This document shows, piece by piece, positions 31,661 to 42,376 of a stretch of DNA of 59,625 nt. The DNA comes from Promethearchaeota archaeon (lineage in GTDB: Archaea; Asgardarchaeota; Lokiarchaeia; Sigyniarchaeales; SOKP01). The stretch is from contig JBHLLT010000006.1 in NCBI GenBank assembly GCA_048938855.1, positions 106,086-165,710 of the forward strand, given 5' to 3'. Below the pieces are notes generated by a model that ran no database searches, was not told the origin of the DNA, and saw only the letters and a program-made list of their open reading frames with translations. Each line of letters starts with the position of its first letter. Position 1 is the first letter of the stretch. Position numbers and translations under genes: made by a program.

Positions 31661-32329
31661 CTATTTTTTTTTATACCCACAGAATGGGCATGTAAATTCC
31701 AGAAATGCTAAATTAAAACCTTTTATTTGTTTAATTACCCTATTACAGTTAGGGCAACGAGGTGAATACTCGGGAAACCATTGTCCTTTAATATTTGGCA
31801 TCTGTTTAAGTATATTTTGAAATTTCAATTTATCTAAATCACTTTTATTTACTTGGAATAACTGGGGTTCTTCAGCAATAGAATTTCCTTTCGGTGCTAG
31901 TATTGTCAAAAATCTCATCATGCTAGGAGTATTTAGTAAGGATAATATTTTTATTATAGCCTTTTTCTTATATTGAATAAACAACTTCGCTAATTCTGGA
32001 GGTGCTATAGCAACTAAAATAGCTTTTTCTTCTGTTTTTTGCATTAGGAGTTGGTAGATTCTTCTATCAGTATCCATCCCCCAAAGGAAATTCCATGGTT
32101 TTATATCATAATCTTCAGCATTAGGGCCAATTATTCTTTTTATGCTTTCAACCCATGAATAATGCTTATTTTTATAGAGATTTGAAAGTATATCATCAAA
32201 AAACTCTGGCTCAACTACGGGAAATGTGTTAAAAATATTTTTCAAGGAAAGCAATTTCACTTCTGTAAGCTTATCTGAATTTAATGAATCCCAAGGAGTT
32301 AAAGTATAGATTTTGAAAAAATTACTCAT
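31661..32329 (-). CDS. Hypothetical protein with a C-terminal Zn ribbon
   Basis: CPNC...CPFCGY at the C-terminus. Confidence 0.7.
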   Translation of the reverse strand: MSNFFKIYTLTPWDSLNSDKLTEVKLLSLKNIFNTFPVVEPEFFDDILSNLYKNKHYSWVESIKRIIGPNAEDYDIKPWNFLWGMDTDRRIYQLLMQKTEEKAILVAIAPPELAKLFIQYKKKAIIKILSLLNTPSMMRFLTILAPKGNSIAEEPQLFQVNKSDLDKLKFQNILKQMPNIKGQWFPEYSPRCPNCNRVIKQIKGFNLAFLEFTCPFCGYKKK

Positions 32330-32416
32330 ATACTACCAATAGTGTCGATGTTTAAATACTATTTTTATATTTTAAATTAATAATTTTTAAAAGTTGCTCT
32401 CTATATATATTCTCGT

Positions 32417-33568
32417 ATGACCTCTATATGGGACATAAAAGCTGATGCAATACAAAAAGGAGATAATCTAAGGAATGTATCTCCATTGGTTGAAAAAAGT
32501 AAAATTGATGAAAATAGTTTTACTCATTATGTATTTACTAAACTTATGTTCACTAATCCTTGGTACCAGATACCTAATGATGATTTAGAGTTATTTGAAA
32601 AGTATTTAGATGGAGGATCAAGAAATTATCCTTCTGATGGAAAAATTCCTTGTGATATTGTTGCAGGTGAAGCTAGGAAAGTGTTAAACCATATTAATAG
32701 TTGTTCTAAAGATTCCAATAATCCATATTGTAGTAGTGCTAAAAAGGCGTTAAGAAATGGAAAAAAAGCAATAATACGAGGCACTCTCAAATTGTACCTA
32801 AGTAAATATACTTCAAGAGATTGGAGAAGAAAACGTTTTACTGATGATATTGATTTTTGGTGCTTCGAAGTAGGTGTTTTAGATCATGCATTGAAAGAAT
32901 GTGGTTGGATAAAAAACAAAGAAACTGGTGAATTTGAAAAACAAGTTCAATGGAATAATCCTAATACTGGTGAGGTAAGATATGAAGCACTATGTGCTGC
33001 TAATAATTTAAATCAGTTACTTGACTTTGGGGCGGGAAGCTATCTTGAAGGAACTGGGTTAAAGGAAATATTTAATAAAAAGCTAAAAAGAGGTCATGAT
33101 GTTGATCTTAGTGATATCATGAATGTAGCCTTACATAATGCTGATCTTGTAGACGGAAAAAGCGAAGAATGGAGTGATACTTGGGAATCTTTTGAGGCAG
33201 CAACGAATACAAGAAATTCAAGAATTACTTCGAATCTAATTAGTTTATGTAGATATTCAGTAGGTACTGCAGATTACTTGGAAAGAGTTAGTAATGCCAT
33301 TAATAAATATCATGAAAGAATATTTAATGATAATGAGTATCCTGTTGAGAGAATAGAAAGAATATGTAAAATGTCAATTCATTGGATGAAATATCTGAAA
33401 GAAAATGGACCTAATGATACAAGAAATATGATTCATGAATTTTTACTTGAACAGGTAGATGAAAAGCAAATTCAAGCAGAAAACCTCAGAAGATTTGCTC
33501 AAAAAGTATTGAAATTACTTAATTCAAAATACGAGTATCTCAAAATTATATTTGAAATTGAATCTTAA
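32417..33568 (+). CDS. Putative nucleotidyltransferase (AbiEii/MenT/DUF2204-like)
   Basis: AIIRGTL...RFTDDIDFW and KLKRGHDVDLSD resemble the hhGG..R.T.DID and K..R.KD..D motifs. Confidence 0.55.
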   Translation: MTSIWDIKADAIQKGDNLRNVSPLVEKSKIDENSFTHYVFTKLMFTNPWYQIPNDDLELFEKYLDGGSRNYPSDGKIPCDIVAGEARKVLNHINSCSKDSNNPYCSSAKKALRNGKKAIIRGTLKLYLSKYTSRDWRRKRFTDDIDFWCFEVGVLDHALKECGWIKNKETGEFEKQVQWNNPNTGEVRYEALCAANNLNQLLDFGAGSYLEGTGLKEIFNKKLKRGHDVDLSDIMNVALHNADLVDGKSEEWSDTWESFEAATNTRNSRITSNLISLCRYSVGTADYLERVSNAINKYHERIFNDNEYPVERIERICKMSIHWMKYLKENGPNDTRNMIHEFLLEQVDEKQIQAENLRRFAQKVLKLLNSKYEYLKIIFEIES

Positions 33569-33648
33569 TTATCACTATTCTGTTATTTCAATTCAAACAC
33601 ATATTATATAGTAAAAATGTTTAAAAATTAATTTAAACAAATTTGTTT

Positions 33649-33945
33649 ATGGCAAAATTTAAGATAATCACTAAAAAAGATTGCTTTTTCTGCAATAAAC
33701 TTAAGGAATGGCTTGATGATAAAGATATTGACTATATTATCCTAGATTATCAAGATCCTGAGGATTTTAATGATCCCATTATGGAAAATCCAACTTTCAA
33801 TGCACTCTATTGTGATATGAGTGCATGTGTTGAAGGGATTCCTATAATCGTCAAAAATGATAAAGATTTTTATTATGCAGAAATATGGGATTTAGTTTCA
33901 AACGAAATTATTGAGCAAAAAGCAAAAGAAATTTTTGAAATTTAA
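33649..33945 (+). CDS. Glutaredoxin-like protein
   Basis: CFFC motif near the N-terminus, cis-Pro motif GIP and an extra CDMSAC. Confidence 0.8.
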   Translation: MAKFKIITKKDCFFCNKLKEWLDDKDIDYIILDYQDPEDFNDPIMENPTFNALYCDMSACVEGIPIIVKNDKDFYYAEIWDLVSNEIIEQKAKEIFEI

Positions 33946-33998
33946 CTACAATTTTTTATTTTTTTATTAGATTGTAATATTCTTATATATATAGTATG

Positions 33999-34020
33999 TC
34001 GTGAAAGAGGTGTTTCACGA
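33999..34020. repeat. Perfect 8-bp inverted repeat between convergent genes (possible terminator or binding site)
   Basis: TCGTGAAA-GAGGTG-TTTCACGA. Confidence 0.5.
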
Positions 34021-34092
34021 TCTTTAGCCAAAATTTTTGATTTAAATTAGTTATTACCCATTTAATTATTAAATATTAAAAAAAACTGTTTC

Positions 34093-35361
34093 TCATTCGA
34101 GCGAAGAGACACTATATTCAAGTACTTCTTCTTCAATAGGCACTTTCTCTTCTTTGAACAAATCCTTGGTAATTCCATGGAGTGACCAAAATCCAAATGT
34201 TGAAATTAAAGAAAGAATTCCAGCGATATACCATACCCAATTTGGTCCAATATGCACCATAATAACTCCAGCACCTAAAGCTCCAAACATATTCGGGATC
34301 ATCCATTGAAAACCATAGATTGCCATATAACGCCCTCGTTTATCTTCTGTTGCAAAAGATGCAGCAGAACTTTGTCCAGTAGGAAAAACAATCATTTCTC
34401 CTACTGTGATTATAGCCATAGCAATGAAAAATAAGTATACTTGACTAATAAAACCGTACATCCCAAAACCTATCATAAGAAAAATGGTTCCAAAAGCCAT
34501 CACTTTCATCGGAGAATATTTTGAAATCCTTCTAGTTATCCAAAATTGAAAAAATACTACCATAGCAGCATTCATACTTAACAATAAACCCCAACCTAGC
34601 TCAGAAAATCCAAAAACAGTCTGTAAGAATACAGCCAGAGTACTATTCATTTGCATATACACTAATACTGTTATTGCAGATATAGAAAGAAATAATATAT
34701 ATTTCCAATCTTTTAGAACATCTCTATATCCAATGAGAGTTTTCATAATTGTATCTTCTGATTCAGCTTTTTTTAATTGAGGTTTTGTCTCGGGAATAAC
34801 ATAATATACAATAAAAGCAGTAATAATACTACTAACAGCATCCAAAATAAATAGTAACATAAAGGATCTAGTAGCTAAAAATCCACCAAGAAGAGGACCT
34901 ATCACTGCTGAAAGATTAAACGCAACTCGTAAAATTCCAAATCCTTCTGCTTGCTTTTCTTTTGGAAGTAAATCTGCTACCATTGCTTGTCGTGCAGGAC
35001 CTCCAAAACTGCCAATAAAACCTAAAAACCCCGCAATAATATAAAAAATGTATAGACTGTTAACTAAACCTAGCATAATGTTTCCTATCCCACTTACAAT
35101 TAAACCAAGAAGGATCATTGCTCGACGACCATATTTATCAGCTAAGGCTCCTCCAATTAGACCACCAAAAATATTTCCTACGGAGTTGATTGCGAGTAAA
35201 TATCCTACTTCTACCATTGTAACTCCAAAATGAGAAATTATATACAATGAATAAAATGGAAACAATAAGAAGCTTCCCAACATATCAATGAAAGTAGCTA
35301 AAGTAAGCACTTTAAATGCATTTGGATATTCCTTATATAAATTTTTAAATTTAGCAAACAT
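34093..35361 (-). CDS. MFS transporter (DHA1-like)
   Basis: GALADKYGRR motif A, about 12 TM and RGRYM. Confidence 0.92.
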   Translation of the reverse strand: MFAKFKNLYKEYPNAFKVLTLATFIDMLGSFLLFPFYSLYIISHFGVTMVEVGYLLAINSVGNIFGGLIGGALADKYGRRAMILLGLIVSGIGNIMLGLVNSLYIFYIIAGFLGFIGSFGGPARQAMVADLLPKEKQAEGFGILRVAFNLSAVIGPLLGGFLATRSFMLLFILDAVSSIITAFIVYYVIPETKPQLKKAESEDTIMKTLIGYRDVLKDWKYILFLSISAITVLVYMQMNSTLAVFLQTVFGFSELGWGLLLSMNAAMVVFFQFWITRRISKYSPMKVMAFGTIFLMIGFGMYGFISQVYLFFIAMAIITVGEMIVFPTGQSSAASFATEDKRGRYMAIYGFQWMIPNMFGALGAGVIMVHIGPNWVWYIAGILSLISTFGFWSLHGITKDLFKEEKVPIEEEVLEYSVSSLE

Positions 35362-35372
35362 AAGAGATTTAT

Positions 35373-35448
35373 TACAATGTTTAAGATATTAATAGAGAGA
35401 GTGTTGATTTCAAAAATATCATATAACTGCTATACAACGTTTAAGATA
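35373..35448. promoter_or_regulatory. 16-bp direct repeat in a divergent promoter region
   Basis: TACAATGTTTAAGATA at 35373 and TACAACGTTTAAGATA at 35433. Confidence 0.5.
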
Positions 35449-35602
35449 AATAAATTCGTACTTTTATAGTTTTTATTGTTGAACTTCAATGGAACTATGA
35501 ATTTTGTTAAAAAGTAGATGAATTAAATTTAAATCAAATTATGATTTTTATTGAATCTATTATTATTTAAATTCAAAAACAATTAATATTTGAGTTTTTA
35601 AA

Positions 35603-36847
35603 ATGTATGATTATTTACTAACTGATGAAAACAAAAAGTTTAGAGAAGAGGTTCGAACATTTGTAAAAAATGCAGTTACACCTTCATTATTAAAAAAGAT
35701 GGATAAAGATGAGATACAATATCCTTCTGAATGGCTTCATGCATTAGCTGAACAAAATTTAATAGGAATAAGATTCCCAAGAAAATACGGAGGACGAGGT
35801 TTGAATTGGGAAAGTGAAGTTATAGCTCAGGAAGAAATAGGGGTATTAGGCAGTTCACTTGCTTGTTTATTCTCTTTACCTAGTATTTGCGGAGAGGCAT
35901 TAAATATATTTGGTACAGAAGAACAAAAGCAAAATTATCTTAAACCAATGTGTGAGGGAAAAAAATTTACGGCTGAAGCATTAACCGAACCAAGAGGAGG
36001 CTCAGACTTCTTTGGAGCTACTTGTACAGCTATTAGAGAGGGGGATCATTATATTTTGAATGGAGAGAAACGATTTGTTGTTGGGGCTGAAGGAGCTGAT
36101 TTCTTTTTAGTGTATGCAAAAACTGATTCAGATCCAAAAGCAGATCCTCACAAAACCTTAAGTTTATTCATTGTCGATAGAACTGAAGGTGTTAATACTG
36201 AATATATCTATGGAATTCTTGGAACTAGAGGGGGTGGTGCTGGAAGAATAAAGTTTAATAATGTTAAAGTTCCAAAAGAAAATATAATTTCAGAAGTGGG
36301 AGCGGGGGGAAGAATTTTTTATCAAATGATGGTTCCAGAACGATTAACTACCGCTTCAGGATTTTTAGGACTAGCTCGTGCTTGTTTAAGAATTGCAACA
36401 AAATATAGTTCTAAAAGAAAAGCATTTGGTCAAACTATAAGAAATTTTGAAGGAGTGAATTTTTTGATTGCAGACAGCATAACATTACTTGATGCCACAC
36501 GAGCGATAGTGTATAATACAGCAAAAAGTATTGATGCTAGTGCACCACCAGCGCTACAACGAAGGTTTGTATCTGAATCGAAAAAGTTTTCAACTAAGTC
36601 ATGTTGGAAAATTATTAATAATTCAATGCAGATTTTAGGAGGAATTGGTTATACAAATGTCTATCCTATTGAAAGATTATTAAGAGATGCCAGAATTGGA
36701 GAAATCTGGACGGGAACAACAGAAATCATGAATTTAATAATCCAACATGAATATTATAAAGAAATTTTGAGTGAAAAATGGGAAGGGCGGGATATTGAAA
36801 AGGATGCTATTGAGAGTGAAGCAGAAGAAGAAAAACATTATGGTTAA
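35603..36847 (+). CDS. Acyl-CoA dehydrogenase
   Basis: [29 protein letters not shown] and [12 protein letters not shown]. Confidence 0.93.
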   Translation: MYDYLLTDENKKFREEVRTFVKNAVTPSLLKKMDKDEIQYPSEWLHALAEQNLIGIRFPRKYGGRGLNWESEVIAQEEIGVLGSSLACLFSLPSICGEALNIFGTEEQKQNYLKPMCEGKKFTAEALTEPRGGSDFFGATCTAIREGDHYILNGEKRFVVGAEGADFFLVYAKTDSDPKADPHKTLSLFIVDRTEGVNTEYIYGILGTRGGGAGRIKFNNVKVPKENIISEVGAGGRIFYQMMVPERLTTASGFLGLARACLRIATKYSSKRKAFGQTIRNFEGVNFLIADSITLLDATRAIVYNTAKSIDASAPPALQRRFVSESKKFSTKSCWKIINNSMQILGGIGYTNVYPIERLLRDARIGEIWTGTTEIMNLIIQHEYYKEILSEKWEGRDIEKDAIESEAEEEKHYG

Positions 36848-36927
36848 ATATTTCAATGAATATTAAAGAATAAAATTTTTTTACTAAATATCTATTTCAT
36901 AAATATTTACCATAAAAGGAGATATTA

Positions 36928-38136
36928 ATAAAAAAAGACATAATTACCACGTTAAATCTTTCGGTCGTTACATTTCTTGTGTTATTGGGATTGAGTGTTA
37001 TAGCTCCAATATTACCTTCTTATGCTGAAACATTTAATGTTAATTATACGCTCGTTGGACTTGTTGTAGCAGCTTTTGGTATAGCTCGTATGCTTATTGA
37101 TTTACCTGCAGGATTTTTAGCTCAAAAATATGATAAAAAGAGCTTAATGATAATGGGATTACTGCTTGTATCAATATCATCAATCATGGCGGGATTAGCT
37201 CAAAATTATTGGGTATTACTAATTGCTCGAATTATTGAGGGATTTGGTTCTGCGATTTATGTAACAACTGCAACTATATTTATTGCATTGGTAGCAAGCC
37301 CCGAAAGAAGGGGATTTTTAATGAGTATTTATTCCGGATTTTTATTATTAGGAGCAATTTTTGGACCGAGTTTTGGAGGATACATCGCAAATAATTATGG
37401 GATTACTGCTCCATTCTTTGCATATGCTATTATATCCGCTAGTGGGATCATACCTACACTTATTTTACCCCATGTAAATGATAAGAATAATGATAAGCAC
37501 ATTAAAATGCAAGAACTTTATCACCAAGCATGGTATAGTTTAAAAGATTTGAAATTTATTCCCGTTCTTCCATCAATTTTTTCATTATTCTTTATACGAA
37601 CAGGAGTTAGAAGTACTCTTGTGCCTCTTTTTTCAGGAAATAATCTTGGTCTAAATGAGTTCGATATTGGAATGTTACTAACTATCGCAGGTATAGCAAC
37701 AGCTATCACAATGGTACCAATAGGTATAGTTTCAGATAAAATAGGACGACGCACTCCACTTTTATTATCTCTTATCATATCTGCTCCATTAACCATATGG
37801 ATTGCCTTTACAACAAATTTTATTCATATATCGTTAATTATGTTTATTTACGGTGCTGTAATTGGATTATCGGGACCAATAGCGGCTTATGTTACTGATA
37901 TTGCTCCTAAGGATAAACTTGAGATTTATATGGGAGTATATAGGACTATTGGAGATATAGGTTTTGTTTGCGGCCCAATTTTAATGGGATTCATTGTAGA
38001 TCTTACAAGCGTTTCCGTTATTAGGGGAGGTTCTCTAATAGAATTAGTAGGGTGGCCACCTTTCGCCGTTGCTGCTTGTATAATGCTTATAACTGGGTTG
38101 ATTCTTCTTAAAGCACCTGATATTAGGCAACAGTAA
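36928..38136 (+). CDS. MFS transporter
   Basis: About 12 TM and GIVSDKIGRR. The ORF track start GTG 36979 falls inside TM1; the ATA at 36928 is the proposed start. Confidence 0.88.
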   Translation: MKKDIITTLNLSVVTFLVLLGLSVIAPILPSYAETFNVNYTLVGLVVAAFGIARMLIDLPAGFLAQKYDKKSLMIMGLLLVSISSIMAGLAQNYWVLLIARIIEGFGSAIYVTTATIFIALVASPERRGFLMSIYSGFLLLGAIFGPSFGGYIANNYGITAPFFAYAIISASGIIPTLILPHVNDKNNDKHIKMQELYHQAWYSLKDLKFIPVLPSIFSLFFIRTGVRSTLVPLFSGNNLGLNEFDIGMLLTIAGIATAITMVPIGIVSDKIGRRTPLLLSLIISAPLTIWIAFTTNFIHISLIMFIYGAVIGLSGPIAAYVTDIAPKDKLEIYMGVYRTIGDIGFVCGPILMGFIVDLTSVSVIRGGSLIELVGWPPFAVAACIMLITGLILLKAPDIRQQ

Positions 38137-38153
38137 TAAATAATAATTTGTGA

Positions 38154-39311
38154 TCATTGGGACTGTTTTGATAAATATCTTATTTTAACAAGTAAATCAC
38201 GTAATTCCATTTTATCATTTTCCTTAGTAATATATTTCTTTTTTACTCCTTCTGATAATGAAACAGTTTTGATTTTATTTCCTTGGAGTGAAACCATATC
38301 ACCAAATTTACCTTCCAATACTAATTTCATAGCAGCTAATCCAAATCTTAAACCAAGGATTCTGTCAAAAGAGTTAGGATGTCCAGCACGCATTGTATGT
38401 CCAAGAACCACACTACGGCATTCGAAATCTATATCATTTTTTTGAAATTCCTTTTTTAAATCCTCTCTTAAATTTAATTCGTCAACAATTATTTTAGACA
38501 TGCTCAAATTAGCCAATAATGGATTTCCATATACATCTTTGGGCAATTTCTCTATTGTTTCTTTAGATATTGTCTTAAAATCTCGATTTAGAGACTCTAA
38601 ACTTGGATAAGCTCCTTCTGATGTAGCAATTATATGATATTTGTATCCTGCATTAACTCTTTTTATCAAAATATCTATTACATCCCTTTCTAAATCGAAA
38701 GGAGTTTCTGGAATTAAAATTATATCCGCACCAGCAGAAATCCCACTATACATTGTTAAAAAACCTGCATCTCTTCCCATGATCTCAACTATAAATACTC
38801 TTTGATGGGAGCGGGCTGTAGTTGTTAAGTTATCTAGTGTGTCTGAAGCTAATTGTACAGCACTCCAAAAGCCAAATGTATAGTGTGTTCCTGCTAAATC
38901 ATTATCAATGGTTTTTGGGACACCTACTACTTTCGCATCAGCATGTTTATACATAGTATCTGCCACACCTAGTGTGTCGTCACCTCCTATCGCAATTAGA
39001 GCATCTATACCCAATTCTTCATATTTTTTTGCTAATTCTTTTGCTTTTTCTTCTTTGGACTTTACACCTTTAAAGGGATTAGTTCTACTTGTATATAAGA
39101 TAGTTCCACCAACGGTATGTAAATCATCGTGTTCAGCTATATTGAGTGGAATTTTTAAATTTTCGATAAATCCTTTCCAACCTTTAAGAATTCCAACACA
39201 TTCAATTCCTGCATCATATGCTTTAAGCATAATACCATATAGTACAGAATTTAAACCAGGGCAGTCACCACCTCCTGTTAAAATTCCAACCTTTTTTATT
39301 TGATTTCCCAT
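38154..39311 (-). CDS. pfkA: 6-phosphofructokinase (PfkA family, PPi-type signature)
   Basis: TGGGDCPGLN, GGDDT, PKTIDND, MGR and LGHTMR. Confidence 0.93.
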   Translation of the reverse strand: MGNQIKKVGILTGGGDCPGLNSVLYGIMLKAYDAGIECVGILKGWKGFIENLKIPLNIAEHDDLHTVGGTILYTSRTNPFKGVKSKEEKAKELAKKYEELGIDALIAIGGDDTLGVADTMYKHADAKVVGVPKTIDNDLAGTHYTFGFWSAVQLASDTLDNLTTTARSHQRVFIVEIMGRDAGFLTMYSGISAGADIILIPETPFDLERDVIDILIKRVNAGYKYHIIATSEGAYPSLESLNRDFKTISKETIEKLPKDVYGNPLLANLSMSKIIVDELNLREDLKKEFQKNDIDFECRSVVLGHTMRAGHPNSFDRILGLRFGLAAMKLVLEGKFGDMVSLQGNKIKTVSLSEGVKKKYITKENDKMELRDLLVKIRYLSKQSQ

Positions 39312-39383
39312 CTCATTACACACCTTTATTCTCATGAATTAATAATTTATTATTAAGAATCGCAATTATTTTATGTTTTAGAT

Positions 39384-39953
39384 TTAATTTGAATCCATCT
39401 TCTCAATTTTCGTAAATTTATATTTTAACTTATCTTGCGGAATAATATAGCTTCCTCCTTGTGTATCAGTAATCTTCAAAGTAAATTTGAACTTACCGTC
39501 TATTGCATGTTTTAGTTTGTTTGAAAGCTCATCAATTTCTTTTTTTTCTGGATCATTTTCATCAAGATTATTTCTATAAATTGAAACAGCATTTTCGAAT
39601 CTAAAGAGAATGCCTTGTACATTAGTATAATAAAAATCCGCTCTTGGACCTGGTTCTACTACTAATTCCAACTCTGGTATTTCTAATTTGCCTGTAGGAG
39701 AGCGATATATTTTAGATTTAAGGTCTTCTTCACTTTTTATTTGTAATGTCATTATTCCAGGTTCCATATTAGTAGTCAACGGGATTAAGTCATTTTTATG
39801 AAAATTACATGAATTACATTCAAATTTTAAAATGAGCATTTTATCTCCATCAGGGAGATCATAAATACTTCTTGTGATGTCAATATTTCCCGCTTGACAT
39901 GAAGGACATTTAAAAGAGTAAATGATCTCGTTATTTCTGTTCTTTTCAGGCAT
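39384..39953 (-). CDS. ZPR1-type zinc-finger protein
   Basis: CPSC...CNSCNF, EIPELELVVEPG and FTLKITDTQGGSYI. Confidence 0.88.
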   Translation of the reverse strand: MPEKNRNNEIIYSFKCPSCQAGNIDITRSIYDLPDGDKMLILKFECNSCNFHKNDLIPLTTNMEPGIMTLQIKSEEDLKSKIYRSPTGKLEIPELELVVEPGPRADFYYTNVQGILFRFENAVSIYRNNLDENDPEKKEIDELSNKLKHAIDGKFKFTLKITDTQGGSYIIPQDKLKYKFTKIEKMDSN

Positions 39954-40035
39954 TTTAAAATATACTAAAGTTCAATAATTTATATTTAAACAACATTCTT
40001 ACAATTTTTTTCTAAATCAATGTAAAATAATAGTT

Positions 40036-40067
40036 TTGTTGATACAAATTAATTGTTATAACAATTA
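40036..40067. promoter_or_regulatory. Tandem TTGT-N4-ACAA sites, including a perfect 18-bp palindrome, upstream of porG
   Basis: TTGTTGATACAA at 40036-40047; TAATTGTTATAACAATTA at 40050-40067. Confidence 0.6.
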
Positions 40068-40194
40068 TTATTATAAATTCTATATTATTGTTGCATATTG
40101 CAGTTATTTAAGTAAAATTAATAGAACTTTTATTCATTGTGCCTTTATTGGACATATTGCAATAATACAAACATACTAAGTTAAGGTGAATAAA

Positions 40195-40773
40195 TTGTCG
40201 GACAATGAAAAAATTGTAGAAATATCCATGCACTGTAGAGGAGGTCAAACATGTATTACAGCAAGCCAATTATTAGCAGAAATGGCATATGAAGAAGGAT
40301 TCCGAGATACAATTGCTATTCCGATAATCGGTGCTGAGCGTAGGGGTGCTCCAATACAAGCTTTTTCAAAAATTTCTAAGATTAAGTCAATTAAAACTTA
40401 TGATAGTGTAGTAAATCCAGATTATATCCTTATGTTTGATACCTCATTATTAGATATACCAACTATAAAGGCTTCTATAAAGGAGGGTGTAAATCTTATA
40501 ATTAACAGCGCGGACCCAATCGATACTAGTGATCTTCCAAAAAAGATAAAGATTTTTATTGTAGACGCGACTGGGATTTGTATTCAGAAGAATTTTATGC
40601 ATGCAAGTGGTCCAATTCTTAACATTCCTATGTTAGGGGCTTTTGCGAAGGTTACTGGCTATTATAATCTTGACACAATGGAAAAAGTAATTAAAAAAGA
40701 ATTTGGTGAAAAAAGACTGGAAAGTAATATGAGCGTTGCTAAAGACGCTTATGAATCAGTAAGAGAGATGTAA
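40195..40773 (+). CDS. porG: 2-oxoacid (pyruvate):ferredoxin oxidoreductase gamma subunit
   Basis: [18 protein letters not shown] and N..MLGA; SD AAGGTGA precedes TTG 40195. Confidence 0.9.
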   Translation: MSDNEKIVEISMHCRGGQTCITASQLLAEMAYEEGFRDTIAIPIIGAERRGAPIQAFSKISKIKSIKTYDSVVNPDYILMFDTSLLDIPTIKASIKEGVNLIINSADPIDTSDLPKKIKIFIVDATGICIQKNFMHASGPILNIPMLGAFAKVTGYYNLDTMEKVIKKEFGEKRLESNMSVAKDAYESVREM

Positions 40774-40775
40774 TT

Positions 40776-41123
40776 ATGTCAGATACTGAAAAATGGAAAA
40801 AAATCAACAAATCAGTAAAAGAACGTCCCAAAGTTCAAGAATACAAAAATTGGAAAGAACTGCCACCAATTCCAGTTTCATTACCAATTGATGGAAATAT
40901 CGGAACGACAGGAGATTGGAGAACTTTCAGGCCGATCATTAAAGAGGGCTGTAATAAATGTGGAATATGTTGGATGTATTGCCCAGAGGGAGTAATAAAA
41001 AGGAAAGAAGATGGGACATTTGAAATTGATTTAAGATATTGTAAAGGTTGCGGTATATGCGCAAAAGAATGTCCAACAAATAAAATAGAAATGGTTAGAG
41101 AGAGTGATATAAAAGATGACTGA
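40776..41123 (+). CDS. porD: 2-oxoacid:ferredoxin oxidoreductase delta subunit
   Basis: TGDWRTFRP and two 4Fe-4S motifs ([24 protein letters not shown]). Confidence 0.92.
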   Translation: MSDTEKWKKINKSVKERPKVQEYKNWKELPPIPVSLPIDGNIGTTGDWRTFRPIIKEGCNKCGICWMYCPEGVIKRKEDGTFEIDLRYCKGCGICAKECPTNKIEMVRESDIKDD

Positions 41124-42372
41124 AACTCAAGAAGATTTTATTCAAAAAAGAGAATCAATTATCATAAAAGGAAATGTTGCAGCAGCTTATGCGGCAAAAT
41201 CCGCTCGAGTCCAAGTGATTAGTGCCTATCCTATAACTCCACAGACAACGGTTGTTGAGAAGCTTTCTGAGTTCGTGGACAACGGACTAATGCCAGGAAC
41301 GCAATACATAAAAATGGAGTCAGAACATAGCGTTTTTGCTGCTGTGATCGGAGCAAGTAAAGCGGGAACTAGAACATTTACCGCTACTTCTGGACAGGGT
41401 ATATTTTATGCTCATGAAATGATTCATTGGGCTGCAGGAGCAAGATTGCCTGTCGTTGTTGCGATTGCATCAAGAGGTCCTGCCCCTCCATGGAATATTT
41501 GGGCAGATTTCACCGATGTAATAAGTCAGCGGGATACAGGTTGGATGAGTTGCTTTTGTGCAGAACATCAAGAAATTTATGATGAAATTTTAATGGCATA
41601 TAAGGTTTGTGAAGATCATGATATCCTTTTACCTAAATTTGTATCTTATGGAGGTTTTATTCTTTCTCATACTTCAAAACCAGTTATCCTTGAAGATCAA
41701 GATCTAGTAGATAGTTTTTTACCACCCTTGCCAAGCGAGGAAGGTTGGCCACATATTTGGATGGATCCAAAAAGACCAATGATGTTTGGTAATCTTATCA
41801 TGCCTTCAAGTTTTTATTATGAATTCAGATTAAAAATTCACGATGCTCTTATAAGGGCAAAAGAAAAAATCAAATCGGTAGCTAAAGAATTTGAGAAGAC
41901 ATTTGGTAGGAATTATGGTAATGGGTTAATCCAAGAATATAAAATGGATGGTGCCGACGTAGGTATAATCATTTATGGAGATTTAGCTTTGCAAATGGAA
42001 CAAGCTGTAGAAGACTTGCGAGAAGAAGGTTATAAAGTTGGAATGGTAAAACTAAGACATTTCAGACCTTTTCCAACTGAAGATATCGTTGAAGCTGCTA
42101 AAAAAGTGAAAGTACTCGGTGTGGTTGATAGAGCTACTGCTTTTGGTTGTCAAACTGGAGGACCCGTTAGTTGTGAAGTTAAAGCTGCTCTCCATGAAAC
42201 TAAAGGCACAGCAACAATTTTACCGATTATTAATGGATTGGGAGGAAGAGAAGTCACTCTCGACCAGCAAAAAAATCAACTGTTAAAACTAGTTAAATAT
42301 AATGAAACTGGAGAATTTCCAAAGGATATGATACATGGAACTCTCTGGGACGGATTGTTGGAGGTTGAATAA
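41116..42372 (+). CDS. porA: 2-oxoacid:ferredoxin oxidoreductase alpha subunit
   Basis: [25 protein letters not shown] and GLGGRE. Confidence 0.93.
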   Translation: MTETQEDFIQKRESIIIKGNVAAAYAAKSARVQVISAYPITPQTTVVEKLSEFVDNGLMPGTQYIKMESEHSVFAAVIGASKAGTRTFTATSGQGIFYAHEMIHWAAGARLPVVVAIASRGPAPPWNIWADFTDVISQRDTGWMSCFCAEHQEIYDEILMAYKVCEDHDILLPKFVSYGGFILSHTSKPVILEDQDLVDSFLPPLPSEEGWPHIWMDPKRPMMFGNLIMPSSFYYEFRLKIHDALIRAKEKIKSVAKEFEKTFGRNYGNGLIQEYKMDGADVGIIIYGDLALQMEQAVEDLREEGYKVGMVKLRHFRPFPTEDIVEAAKKVKVLGVVDRATAFGCQTGGPVSCEVKAALHETKGTATILPIINGLGGREVTLDQQKNQLLKLVKYNETGEFPKDMIHGTLWDGLLEVE

Positions 42373-42376
42373 TAAA

